Assembly (NCBI GenBank): GCA_002269645.1
Contig: NIVC01001151.1
Coordinates: 266,204 to 330,203, forward strand
Direction: 5' to 3'
Source of the DNA: Macrostomum lignano
Taxonomy: Eukaryota
DNA length: 64,000 bases
The notes beneath the pieces were generated by a model. It saw only the letters and a program-made list of their open reading frames with translations, was not told the origin of the DNA and made no database searches. The translations under genes were made by a program, and so were the position numbers. Shown here in pieces: positions 35,017-47,500 of the stretch. How positions within the stretch are numbered: the stretch's first letter is position 1; every line of letters begins with the position of its first letter.

Positions 35017-36443
35017 AACTGAGACTAAGCAGCAACTTAACAATGAATAGTGCTTGTGCAGCTCATCACTTTTTTATTTTATTGTACTTTTCAGCACGCA
35101 TTTTTTGTTTTTATCGTAACGCGAGCTCCTCCAAGTTGCTTGTCGGTCAGAGACTATAACTCTTTTTAAAGCCAATGTAGATTATTCCCCATTCTCAAAC
35201 CACAGCCAGGTTTTTCGTTCCAGCTTCTTTTTTCTTATTATTAACTGGACTCATCTTTTTGTGCTGAGCACTAGTCTTATTTTTTTGTCGACGCACTTCT
35301 AAAAGAATTCGATGCGCTTTTCTTGCAGCAAAAAACGTAACATTTAGAATGTCGCCATCGGAGAAACGTCAGCAACAAAACAAAAATAAAAGAAAAAAGT
35401 TATGAGAACATCGTTCAGTTTCCTAGTAGAGTAGGTATATAAATATAAATGAAAAACAAAATTGATTTTTTCTTCATTCACACACTTGAATTTTCTTAGT
35501 ACTAAGAAAATGCTTAGAAAATGCCCGAATGCTTACAAGCGTACATGTATTACAAATAGACCTATCGCGACTTTCCTAGTCGTTTCTTTAGTTCACCTTC
35601 ACTTGTCTCTGTTTACTCTGTTTTCTCTCTGTCTAGCTCAATCTTGTTATTCTTGTCTCTCTCTCCCTTGCTGCCTTCTGATTGAGTCAGATTGACTCTT
35701 CATTCTCGCCTATCTCTTCAGTCGCGCACTCCACCACACTCCACTCCTCTTCCTTATTATTCTGGGCTCAACCCCCAAATATAAAATGTTCTATAAATAC
35801 ATCGGTTCGAGCCCTGCGCCCACTTCTGCTTTGTCTTCAATATAACTCATCTAACAGTAAATATAGAATATAGTCTTATTTTCTCTACAAGACCTTCATT
35901 TTATATTACTGCACTAGTGACGAGTAAGGTGTGCCGTCTTATGTATTATTCAAATGAAAATTTCCGTAAAATTATACGTTCGTATACGTATGTGGTTAAA
36001 AAGTATGTTTCATTCTTCAGGCAGCCTAACAGTATCGAAGTGATTTACCTGTACTAAGCAAAAAATATAAACAAAATCCCTAAAAACTAGCTTAAATAAA
36101 TGTCCTTAAAATACATAATAAAATAAGCAACGAAATAGGCGAAATCCATTAAATAGTTCTTAGTATTTTATTTACTCAAATTATTAGTTTTGATATTTTC
36201 GTGCGCGGAAATACATCCTAACAAATTATTTTGTAGCGATTTGAGAGCAAGTAATATTTAATTCAAGGATTTAATCGCTTTAATAAAAAACAATTTTATT
36301 GTTAAAAAAAATTAATTATTAAAAATACAGTGCAGTGTCAATGTCTACTCTTGGTGGCACAGTAATTTTAAATTGTCTTATGTAAACGAAATTTTTACTA
36401 GTCGCGCGCGGGTTGATAATATTGTTGAATAAATTTACGAAAA

Positions 36444-38427
36444 ATGTCGCAAGTAAAGTTGCAGGAAAGCATCGTGTAAGTGTTTCGATTTTTCTTGAGA
36501 AGCCTTAAAGTAAGCACAAATAAATTATGAAGAGCTTTAAAAATATATGAAAATGTATCTAACAATGGGCTATCCTGTAGTTTCACACGTTAAATTATTA
36601 CCCCCACCCCCCACCACCCTTGAATAGAGGGCGAAATAATTCCGTAAAATAATTTAACGTGCGAAACTACAGGATAGCCCTAACAATGCTTTAAGGTCCA
36701 TTGTGATTTTGGCTTGCGATTCTCACATAATTAGAAATACAGTAATATCTTACTAAAACAAGATCGAGACTTCAAGGGGAGTTTTTTAATTTTATTGCTG
36801 AGAAAAAAACAGTTCTATGTTTATTCTGTCAAGCAATATTTAAAAAACACAAAAAGCTATGCACAGAAAAAATTATTTGGGAATTGGGATAGTGTTAGTC
36901 CTGTTAGTTTTGCTGGCTACAGTATAGTCTTGCTGTTACTATATAAATACTTTAATGCAGGAATATCTATTTAATCTTTAATAAACTTTAGAGAAGAAAT
37001 ATAAATACTCTATTAGTACTCTTTACTCTTCCTGAAAGTATTCTGTTGTTATGCTTAAACTGGAAACTCATTAAAACCATTTGAATGTAATTTTTGTTTA
37101 CAATTTTTTCCTATTCTAAAACTGTTTACCACCAGCAAGTTTGAACAGAAAATTAACAGTTGATTAAAACAAAATTTACAGAAAACATACATATGTGTTT
37201 ATTTATTTAATTTGAACTCAGGACCAGCAGCAGGCCAGCTGCGGCCGGGCAAAGTGCCGCTAATGCATCAAAAAAGGCGCGCCAGTCCCGCAAAGGATTT
37301 TACGCGTCCGGCTTGTACGCTTCGCGCGCCACGAGCGGAGTGTCGTCGAGAAAATCCGGCGAAGAAAAAGGCGTCTGGAGCAAATACCCCCGGCTGCCCA
37401 ATGACCAGGGCGGAGAGGACACGCCCAAGCCCCTGCTGGAGGACGACAAGAAGGTGTCCTACGACACTAAGGAAACTGTAAGTTTAATTAGCTTCTTGAT
37501 TACTTTTTTCGGGATTCTCTTGCTTTTGGAAACCCTTGTGATTAAGCCTTATTGTAAGCCCATCGCTAGCAGTGCAGTGTCCTTGGCAACTAATAGCTTC
37601 CTTCTCAACCACCGTCAAATATGGTAGCTTCCTTGGATTTCTACCCATCCACACAGCTTCCTTGGCAACCATAAAACACATTTAGCTTCCTTGGCAACCA
37701 AAAAGTACACTTAGCATCTTTGGTAGCCATAAAAAATCGCGCATTTGTACATAGTTTGGATGTTTTAATTCTAACCAACCACCGCACCACAACGCCCCCC
37801 CCCAGCCATCTGAGCTGGCCTCGCAGTCGCAGAGCTCGCAGCTGCAGTTACAGCCGGAGAAGAGCAGCATCGGCCTGGGCAGCCGGTCAATACAGAGCAG
37901 CAGCGTCGTGTCCATCGGCTCCGACTACGGCGACGACTACGGCGACAGGGGCAGCGTTGACCAGCTGCACTGGACGGAGATGAAGACCCTCAGAGATCAG
38001 ATGGAGTCTCCTCTAACCGAAGCAGATCTAGAAGCTGATGTTGACATTGAAATCAGCGAGACGGACACCATCTGGCTGCTGGACATCAAGCCGAAGCTGG
38101 TGAATCCCGAGACTGACGGCGATCTCGCCGAACTGATCAAGCAACGCAATGAGGCCTACAAAGCTCTGCTGGCCGATAAGGTGAGACTGGACGCTCTTAT
38201 GCTCTTAATAGGGTGTGATCAAATGAAGAACCACTTCGCGGTTCGAGTTGTCACGCTCCAGACGCGTGTTGATAGTCACGTGATGAGGCTTGGGCTGGTT
38301 GGTTAGCAATGTACAGTTCTATGCGTACATTAACGGTAGAGCTATAAGTGAACCGAAACGGGGTTCCACTTAGATAATCTAGTTGGTTAGTCAGTTAGTT
38401 AGTTAGTCAGTCAGTTAGTTAGTTAGC

Positions 38428-38466
<39 letters not shown>

Positions 38467-38467
38467 C

Positions 38468-38524
<57 letters not shown>

Positions 38525-41500
38525 GTTAGTTAGTTAGTTAGTTGTTAGTTAGTCAGTTACAATAGTTAGTTAGTAAGTTAGTTAGCTAGATAGTTAGCAA
38601 GTAGTCATTACCCATTTTGCTGATCCGTGAGCCCGCACAAGCACACGGATACGCATTCAGGTGTACAGCGGCCCTCACAAAAACTCGCAACAGAAGTTCC
38701 CTTAACCCACCGCTGTTCAGGTCGGCAACGACAAGTACGTGGCTCGCGAGATGAACACCCTGGAGGCCACAAAGATGACGAAGCCCTGCCAAACTGATGA
38801 AATTGGCCGATCAGAGTTTGGCAACACGGCCAGCGGCTGGGACATGTTCGACTCGTTCCAGGCTCAGCTGGAGAAGGAGAAAGCCGATCGCTTCGAGAAG
38901 AAGACGGACGAGGAGCTGGCGAAGGAGGCCGAGCAGCAGCAGGGCGACGATCCGCTTGAAGACAATCGGAGACCGCTGGAGCCGACTTCGAAATCGCCCG
39001 CGTTCGTTGGTGAGTAGATACTGGCTTTCTCAGGTTTAGAGCTGAGTGCCTAACCTTTCGCGACATAACATGCTTTAATTACTTAACATGCGCTTAGTCC
39101 GTTTACCATATCGCCAATTTGTCCGTTTTATTACCTAAATTAAATGGTGTTGTTCCTTTCATTGGGTGTTGGTTTTATGGGGGTTGGTTTTATGGGGGTC
39201 GGTTTAATGGGGGTAGGTTTTATGGCGGTTGGTTTTACGGGGGTTGGTTTTATGGCGATTGGTTTTATGGGGTTGGTTTTATGGGGTCGGTTTAATGGGG
39301 GTTGGTTTTATGGAGTGTTGGTTTTATAGGGTGCCGGTTCTATGGGTGTTGGTTTCTTGGGGTGTTGGTATTGTGGGGTATTGGTATTGTGGGGGTGTTG
39401 GTATTGTGGGGTGTTGGTATTGTGGGGGTGTTGGTTTTATTTGGTGCAAATTGTAAGCTTGTAGGGTTGATTTTAACACTTAATTAGAAGTCAAGATGCT
39501 GCCATTTTTACCTTTCAATAAAACAAACTCGCTTAACTAATTAATTGCGACGCGTTCGCGGCAGCAGACCAAGCAACAGTCGACAGTCCGGATCATATGG
39601 GTAGTCGCAGCGGGAGCAGCGCGCGCACAGGCTTCGAATCCACCATGTCGATGCGACCGGCCGCCAGTAAGGCGCAAGCGGCCTCCGCCCTGCCCCCCAA
39701 CTAAAAATTAACGCAAAACTTTTGCACATGTTTATTTATCATCTAGAACTTTTCTGCCTGTCTCTATTTATTTGCACAGAAATTTCGTTTTAAATTTGAT
39801 TTAAAATTTTTATAATTTTTGCATGCCTCTGACAGACTATTTCTGCTAAATTTCGACTCTAGACTTGTTACTTCTTTTAAAGCAGGTTTGCACTTTATAG
39901 CAACCTAAGCAGCAGAAAGCTATCTACTCGTATATACAGTAGTATTCCAACTAGCAAGAATACAGGTATATTGTACGAATGTATGCTTCCGTGAAATTTT
40001 TGCATTTTTCCAGCGTTCTTCCTACGAGTAGCATGGACTTTTCCACTCTATTCTAGTTTGAATAGCTTAAAGATGCGTCTCTTCTACGCTCGTACGAACA
40101 CGATTACAGCTGGTTTTATAAAAAAATTTGGCCCACTGCCCCTCGCGGAGAATCATTTCAACAGCCCCAGCTGGTTTTATTGCAAATTTTATTGGCCTAC
40201 TGCCCCTCGCTTAGAATCATTTCAACAGCCCCAGCTGGTTTTATTGCAAATTTTATTGGCCTACTGCCCCTCGCTTAGAATCAGTCTAACAGCCCCAACT
40301 GGTTTTATTACAAATTTTATTGGCCTACTGCCCCGTCGCGGAGAATCAGTCCAACAGCCCCAACTGGTTTTATTGCAATTTTTATTGGCCCAGTGTCCCC
40401 CGCAGATCGTTAGTAAAAGAATTCAAACGGGTTTTTTATTGTTTCTTTGGCCCACCGTTCAACAGGACCTGATTCGTATATATTTTATATTTTAAGTACA
40501 CCCGCACTTTAAAACATTCGTTAACCCAGGCCGCCAATCCACGACTCCAAGCGTGCTAGATTCGGAATTCGGCACGGTGCGTGAGTCCGTTGCCATGACA
40601 GCGGAGGAGCAAGCTCAACTCGACGCTATTCTCACTGTGAGCGAAATACCTGATCTAGTCAAGAAATAAAGAAATTCAAATCCTTTTAATCACGAATTTA
40701 ATAAACCGTTTTTTCAGTCGCCAAAGCTCAAACAGACCCTGTTTATCATAGAACGCGCGGTTGTGCAGAACAACAGTCAAAATCTGCTGGCTACCTACAG
40801 ACACCTGCCGATTATTGAGCGTAAGTAGCTGCATTATCCCGGCCTGAGAGCACAGGAGATAGGAAAGTGACAAGCTCCCCAAAAAATGGGTCGAGAATGT
40901 GAATCCAAAGAGCTAAGCCTCCTAAATAATCAAATAAATGCAAATATGTAAACTCCATTCAAGAGGAATAGAAAGTCGTCCTACCCAAAAATCGAATACT
41001 AAACCGGAAACTCAATTACAGTGGACAAAACTGGAGACTCCGAGGCCGAAGCCTCCCAAGCGCTGCTGGTCCGTCAGAAATCTGGGGCCAGTCTGTCGCC
41101 TCACCTGGCCTACCTGTGGCGCTACTCATGCCCGGCAGTCAAGGGTCAAGCTGTCACCTGTATGGTTTGGAACAAGCAGAATAAGGTGAAATATTGTTTC
41201 AATTCGTGCTTTTCAATTGTGCTTTTGAGTTGTACTTTTCAATTCCATTTGAATTGGGGATTTTTCCCATCCGTACGTTAATGGAGATCCCACTGATTCC
41301 CAATGACGATTTTTCTTCTATCCATTCATTGATTGAGATCCCACCGATTCCCAATGAGGATTTTTCTCCCATCCTCCATAGATTGAGATCCTACTGATTC
41401 CCAATGAGGATTTTTCTCCCATCCCCATAGATTGAGATGACACCCACCGATTCCCAGTAGGTATTTTTCTCCCATCCTGCGATCCCACCGATCCCTAATG

Positions 41501-44500
41501 GGGATTGTTCTCTAGCTCAGTGCAAGAAGAACTAATCCCCCTACCTTTAACAATGGACTTTAGGACATTCTGGCGGTGAGCTACGGCAAACACGAATACG
41601 AACCCGAGATGAAGAACGGTCTAGTCTGCTGCTGGTCGGTGAAAAATATCCAGCAGCCGGAGCGAGTATTCCGCACCAAGTCCGGCGTCACAGCGTTGTC
41701 TTGGTCCACCCAGTTCAGCTACTTGCTGGCTGCCGGCCTGTTCGACGGTCACGTGCTTATCTTCGACGTCAGAACCGGATCGCAGGAGCCCGTCTTTGAC
41801 TCATAGTGAGTTTTATTGACGCCCACCTCGCTCCGCCAAACATTAACACCCACCTCACTCCGCCAAGCATTAACACCCGCCTCACCCCACCAAGCATTAA
41901 CATCTGCCTCACTCCGCTAAGCATTAACACCCCCATTCCGCCAAGAATTGACACCCACCTCACTCCGCCAAGCATTAACACCCACCTCACTCCGCCAAGC
42001 ATTAACACTCACCTCACTCCGCCAAGCATTAACACCCACCTCACTCCGCCAAGCATTAACACTCACCTCACTCCGCCAAGCATTAACACCCACCTCACTC
42101 CGCCAAGCATTAACACCCACCTCACTCCGCCAAGCATTAACACCCACCAGGCGCGGATCCAGGAATTTCTTGAGGGGGGGCAACTTTTTTCATACTGCCC
42201 CGAGTAGGAACCCACCCCAAGGCCCAAGCCCTTTCTTTACTTAGAAGGGGGCCAAAGGCCAAGAGCAGAATTTTTTTCGAGGCAGCTGAGGGGGGGCCAT
42301 GGCCCCCTTGGCCCCCCCCCCAGGATCCGCCACTGACACCCACCTAAATTCGTCAAAATTTAATACCCACCTCACTCCGCTAAGCATTAACAGCCACCTC
42401 ACTCCGCCTGTCACATCAGTCTATCGCCCGGACGTCACTTCGGCCCAGTGCGCCAGCTGGAATGGGTTCGCAAGGAGGCTGGCAAGCACGAGGAGACGCA
42501 GGAGGTCCTTGTCTCCGCCTCCTCGGACGGCCGCGTCATCCAATGGTCCATTCGAAAAGGTTTCGAGTTCAAGGAGCTGATGAAGCTGAAGAGGGTCACA
42601 ACTGTGCTGCCCGGGCCAAGCCAAAAGCAGAAACAGCAGAAAGCAGACGCTCTGATCTCCAGACAGGCCTCCGGCTCCAGCATGGCCTTCAACCCCAACG
42701 ATAAGAATGTGTGAGTGGCGACTCGGGACTTAAGATTCGGGACTAAAGGGTTCGGGACTAAAGGATTCGGGAATAAAAGATTCGGGACAAAATTATTCGG
42801 GACTAAAGGATTCGGGACTAAATTATTTAAAACTTATGTACTCGGGACTAAATGATTTGGGACTAATGGATTCGGGACTAATGGATTTGGGACTAAAGGA
42901 TTCGGGACTAAATGATTCGGGACTAATGGATTCGGGACTAAATGGTTCGGGACTAATGGATTCGGGACTAAAGGATTCGGGACTAAAGGATTCGGGACTA
43001 AAGGATTCGGGGCTAAAGGATTCGGGACTAAAGGATTCGGGACTAAAGGATTCGGGACTAAAGGATTCGGGACAAAAGGATTCGGTACTAAATATTTCGA
43101 TACAAATCGTAAAAAATTCGAATCCGTGGATATTTCAGCTACCTGGTTGGCACAGAAGACGGCAACTTGCACAAGTGCAGCTGCTCCTACAACGAGCAAT
43201 ACCTTGAGAGCTACTTTGGCCATTCGAGTCCCGTCTATTCGGTCAAATGGTCGCCATTCCTGACTGACGTGTTCATCAGCTGCGCAGCGGACTGGACCAT
43301 CAACCTGTGGCAGGCCGACAGGACCAGGCCGGTCACCACCATGGGCTCGTCAACGGTGAGTTGCCGGGTTTGCGTCTCTCGGGAAACTTGTCTTTGATAA
43401 AGGGTATGGATTCATTCCTTTTGATCGATGGTATGGGATTTGGGATTGATTACATCATGGGATCTCTGATCTGGGATCTGGGATTGATGACATCATGGGA
43501 TCTGGGATTAATGACATCATGGGATTTTGGGATCTGCGATCTGGAATTGATGGGATCTGGGATTAATGACAGCATGGGATCTGGGATCTGGGATCTGGGA
43601 TCTGGGATCTGGGATTAATGACATCATGGGATTTTGGGATCTGCGATCTGGAATTGATGGGATCTGGGATTAATGACAGCATGGAATCTGGGACTTGGGA
43701 TGATATGAGATCTTATATCTTGGAATAATGGTTTGGGAATCGGATATTGATTTTATTGGATGTACTAGCATAGAATAGATTTTCTAAAGAGGCTGGGATC
43801 AATGATAATCAAGTTATGGAACCGATGTCAGATAATCAGGAACTCATATATTGGGGCTTGAACACCATAAGCTCGTGGAAAAATCGACAATTTCATATTG
43901 AACCTTGATTGAATTCCCTCAGAAGTCCATCAACAGTCTGAGCTGGTCGCCAAAATCGTCCTGCATTTTTGCGTGCGTCAACGACGGCCAGCTGGAGGTG
44001 TGGAACATGGCGCATTCTACGTAAGTGCAAATTTCCGGGTTTTCTTAGAAATCGGTCCATTTCCACAAAACGGCAAAGGAATTTTTTGATAAAATAAATA
44101 AAATTCAAATTTAAGCAACACAGATTATTTCAGTTTGAAAAGCAGTACTAACTTCTTTTTTTAATTTAAAGTGTAATATAGGTCAAAATTTTAACAAAAA
44201 ATCAAGACGTTTAAATTACAAGCAATTAGTTACCTTAAACTATCGCAATAGCAGGTCAGGTAGCGAACATATTAAAATGATATTACGAAAGTTTTTTTTT
44301 CATATTATTTTTCTATGAAAGCAAAAGTTAGTTACACTAATTTTAAACAAAAATATTAAATAATATTTTAGCCTCGATCCAATCATCACGGAACCAACTG
44401 ACGAGGACACTGGCCGCTACACCCACGTACTTTTCTCGGATAACAGCGACGTATGTGCATTATTTAAATATTTTCTAAATTATTAACTTGCAAATAACAC

Positions 44501-47500
44501 AAAATCTAAAATACTACTAACTAAAAAACAACTTACAGTAACATTAAAAGCAAATACTCGTATCTTACTTTTATTTCATGAAAAACGGAAGCAATTTAAA
44601 CTTTCATGGGGAACGGTAGTTTTGGATGTATAATCCTGAAGTACTCGTACGAGTCTTTAAATGGTATGGGATCATTCTAATGCGATGGGATATTCTGATG
44701 GGATAGGATGGGATCATTCTAATGCGATGGGATATTCTGATGGGATAGGATGGGATCATTCTGATTGTATAGGATCATTCTGGTCGGATGGAATCATTCT
44801 GATGGGATGGGATCATTCTGATGGGATGGGATCATTCTGATAGGATGGGATCATTCTGATGGGATGGGATAGGATCATTCTGATGGGATAGGATCATTCT
44901 GATGTGATGGGATGGGATCATTCTGATGGGACAGGATCATTCTGATGGGATAGGATCATTCTGATAGGATAGGATCATTCTGATGGGATGGGATCATTCT
45001 GATAGGATAGGATCATTCTGATGGGATGGGATCATTCTGTTATGGGATCAGTACGATGGTGTGGGATAATTCTAGATATGATGGGATTTAAACAATCTAA
45101 TTGGCATAGGATTAATCCCAACGAAATTCGCAATCGAATCCTATGGCATGGGAGTTTCAATCTCGTGCATCAGCTGCTGCTGCTGCTGCTGCTGCCTCGC
45201 CAGCATCTGCTGCCGGTCCCGAAGCCGCTGCTCGGTGGCGCAAAAGATGCAGCCGGTGGTGGCACCGAGGCCAGAGCCTGTTGAGCCAATGAGAGCGCAC
45301 GGCTGATGACCGCCAGCGGTGAGCACTGCTCTCAGGTGGGCGATGTACCTGGCGGCCAGGCGCAAAGTCTCCACCTTGGACAATTTTCTGTCGCTCGGCT
45401 CCGTGGGGATGCAGCAGCGAAGCCGACCGAAGGCCGCGTTGACGTCGGCGGTTCGCCGCCGCTCACGAGGCTGATGATGATGAGGCTGCGTCGTCTGGTT
45501 GGGCCGGCTCGCCATCGCTTGATGCTGTGGCGGGGGAGGAGGGGGTTTGGAGATGAGGGAGCCTTTTAGGCGCTGCTGTTACATGATCCTACGGGCCGTT
45601 ACATGATCCTACGGGCCGTTACATGATCTGTTTGGTCTGTTACATGATCCTTTCGGTCTGTTACATGATCCTCTTGGTCTGTTACATGATCCTACGGGCC
45701 GTTACATGATCCTTTCGGTCTGTTACATGATCCTACGGGCCGTTACATGATCTGTTTGGTCTGTTACATGATACTTTCGGTCTGTTACATGATCCTCTTG
45801 GTCTGTTACATGATCCTTTTGGTCTGTTACATGATCCTTTTGGTCTGTTACATGATCCTTTTGGTCTGTTACATGATCCGTTTGGTCTGTTACATGATCC
45901 TCTTGGTCTGTTACATGATTCTTTTGGGCTGTTACATGATCCTTTTGGTCTGTTACATGATCCTTTTGGGCTGTTACATGATCCTTTTGGCCTGTTACAT
46001 GATCCGTTTGGGCTGTTACATGATCCTACGGGCTACAGACCAGTTACATGATCCTTTTGGCCTGTTACATGATCCGTTTGGGCTGTTACATGATCCGTTT
46101 GGGCTGTTACATGATCCTACGGGCTACAGACCAGTTACATGATCCTTTTGGCCTGTTACATGATCCGTTTGGGCTGTTACATGATCCTACGGGCTACAGA
46201 CCAGTTACATGATCCTTTTGGGCTATTACATGATTATCTTGGGTTGTTACATAATTATTTTTTAGTTTTTTACGTCATACAATTACCTGTTTCGCGACCC
46301 TACGGGCTGTTAAATGATCTTTCTAGATGGTTACATGATTCTACAGGCTCTTGCATGATCCCAAGGATTGTCGTATCTTTTGGACTATATCAAATAATAT
46401 TTTGAGCTGTACTACATGATCTTGAAAGTTAATCCATGATTCTGAATTCCAATACATGATCTTGAAGGCTAATACATTATCCGAAAGTCTAATACATGAT
46501 CTAAAAGTCCAATAGATAATCCCTGTATTTGACAAAAAATTGCTTTTACACAAAATAAAACTTACCAAAATTGCTGTCTCAACTTTTCAAGCTGTCAAAA
46601 AGATCCACAGATCAACTGTCTTGCAGATTTCCGAGTTGATCTGAAATTTGAATATTGAAAACTTTTAATAGGGCTGCCGGTCACGCTTTGTCTTCATAGA
46701 AAACTGGAATCGAAGGGAGGAAAGAGTGTGAGGGAGTTCAGGGCCAATAGTAGGCCTTCAAATATGTTTGCCAATATCTTTGGTTGGTTCTGAACGCTGA
46801 TGAATGATTGATTGCTACTGGCCTGGGGTCTGATGGCCAAGGACTATTGGAACGTCTGGATTGGAACTCGCTTCGAGTTTTGGAACAGTTTTTTGAATTG
46901 TAATAATTTCAAGGCAGTTTTTCCAAGTAGTCTGATTTATTTAGCTCTTTACCTTTAAACTCTAAGTAACTTTTGAAGGTCACTGACATAAATAGCAATC
47001 ATTTAGGATCTATTTTGCTTTAATTGGCATTCAAAGCTTTTGTTTCCCAGTCCAGAAGCAATTTCAGGGGTTCCTGGTACTGCGCGCGCCGATCCAATTA
47101 AAGCTTGTTTTTCCTTTGCTTTCTTTCCTCTTCTAAAAGCAGCAATTTGAAACTTTGGCCTGGCAAGGTTCTGCAAGAGCCGGCATCTCTTGTCTGGGGG
47201 GGGGGGGAATTCCTGACAAACTAATTGGGCCGATTGTTCAAACACTTCCCCAAGGAAAGTTTCAGCTTGGCAACTAAATTATCAAGTGAAAGCGGGGGGT
47301 TCTGTCAGTAATTATGCCACCAGTTTTACAGAATCTGCCATCCGCTGTAACCAAACTTCAGAGCCTGCTGGTTGGCGATGCCCAGGGCAATGTGCAGGTC
47401 TTCAAGCTGGAAAATATGCCTTCGGCTCCGAAAAATCAGGTAAGTGTTTTTGCCAACGATTAATGGATAGAGATAAAGGTGTGAGGGACAGAGATAAGGG

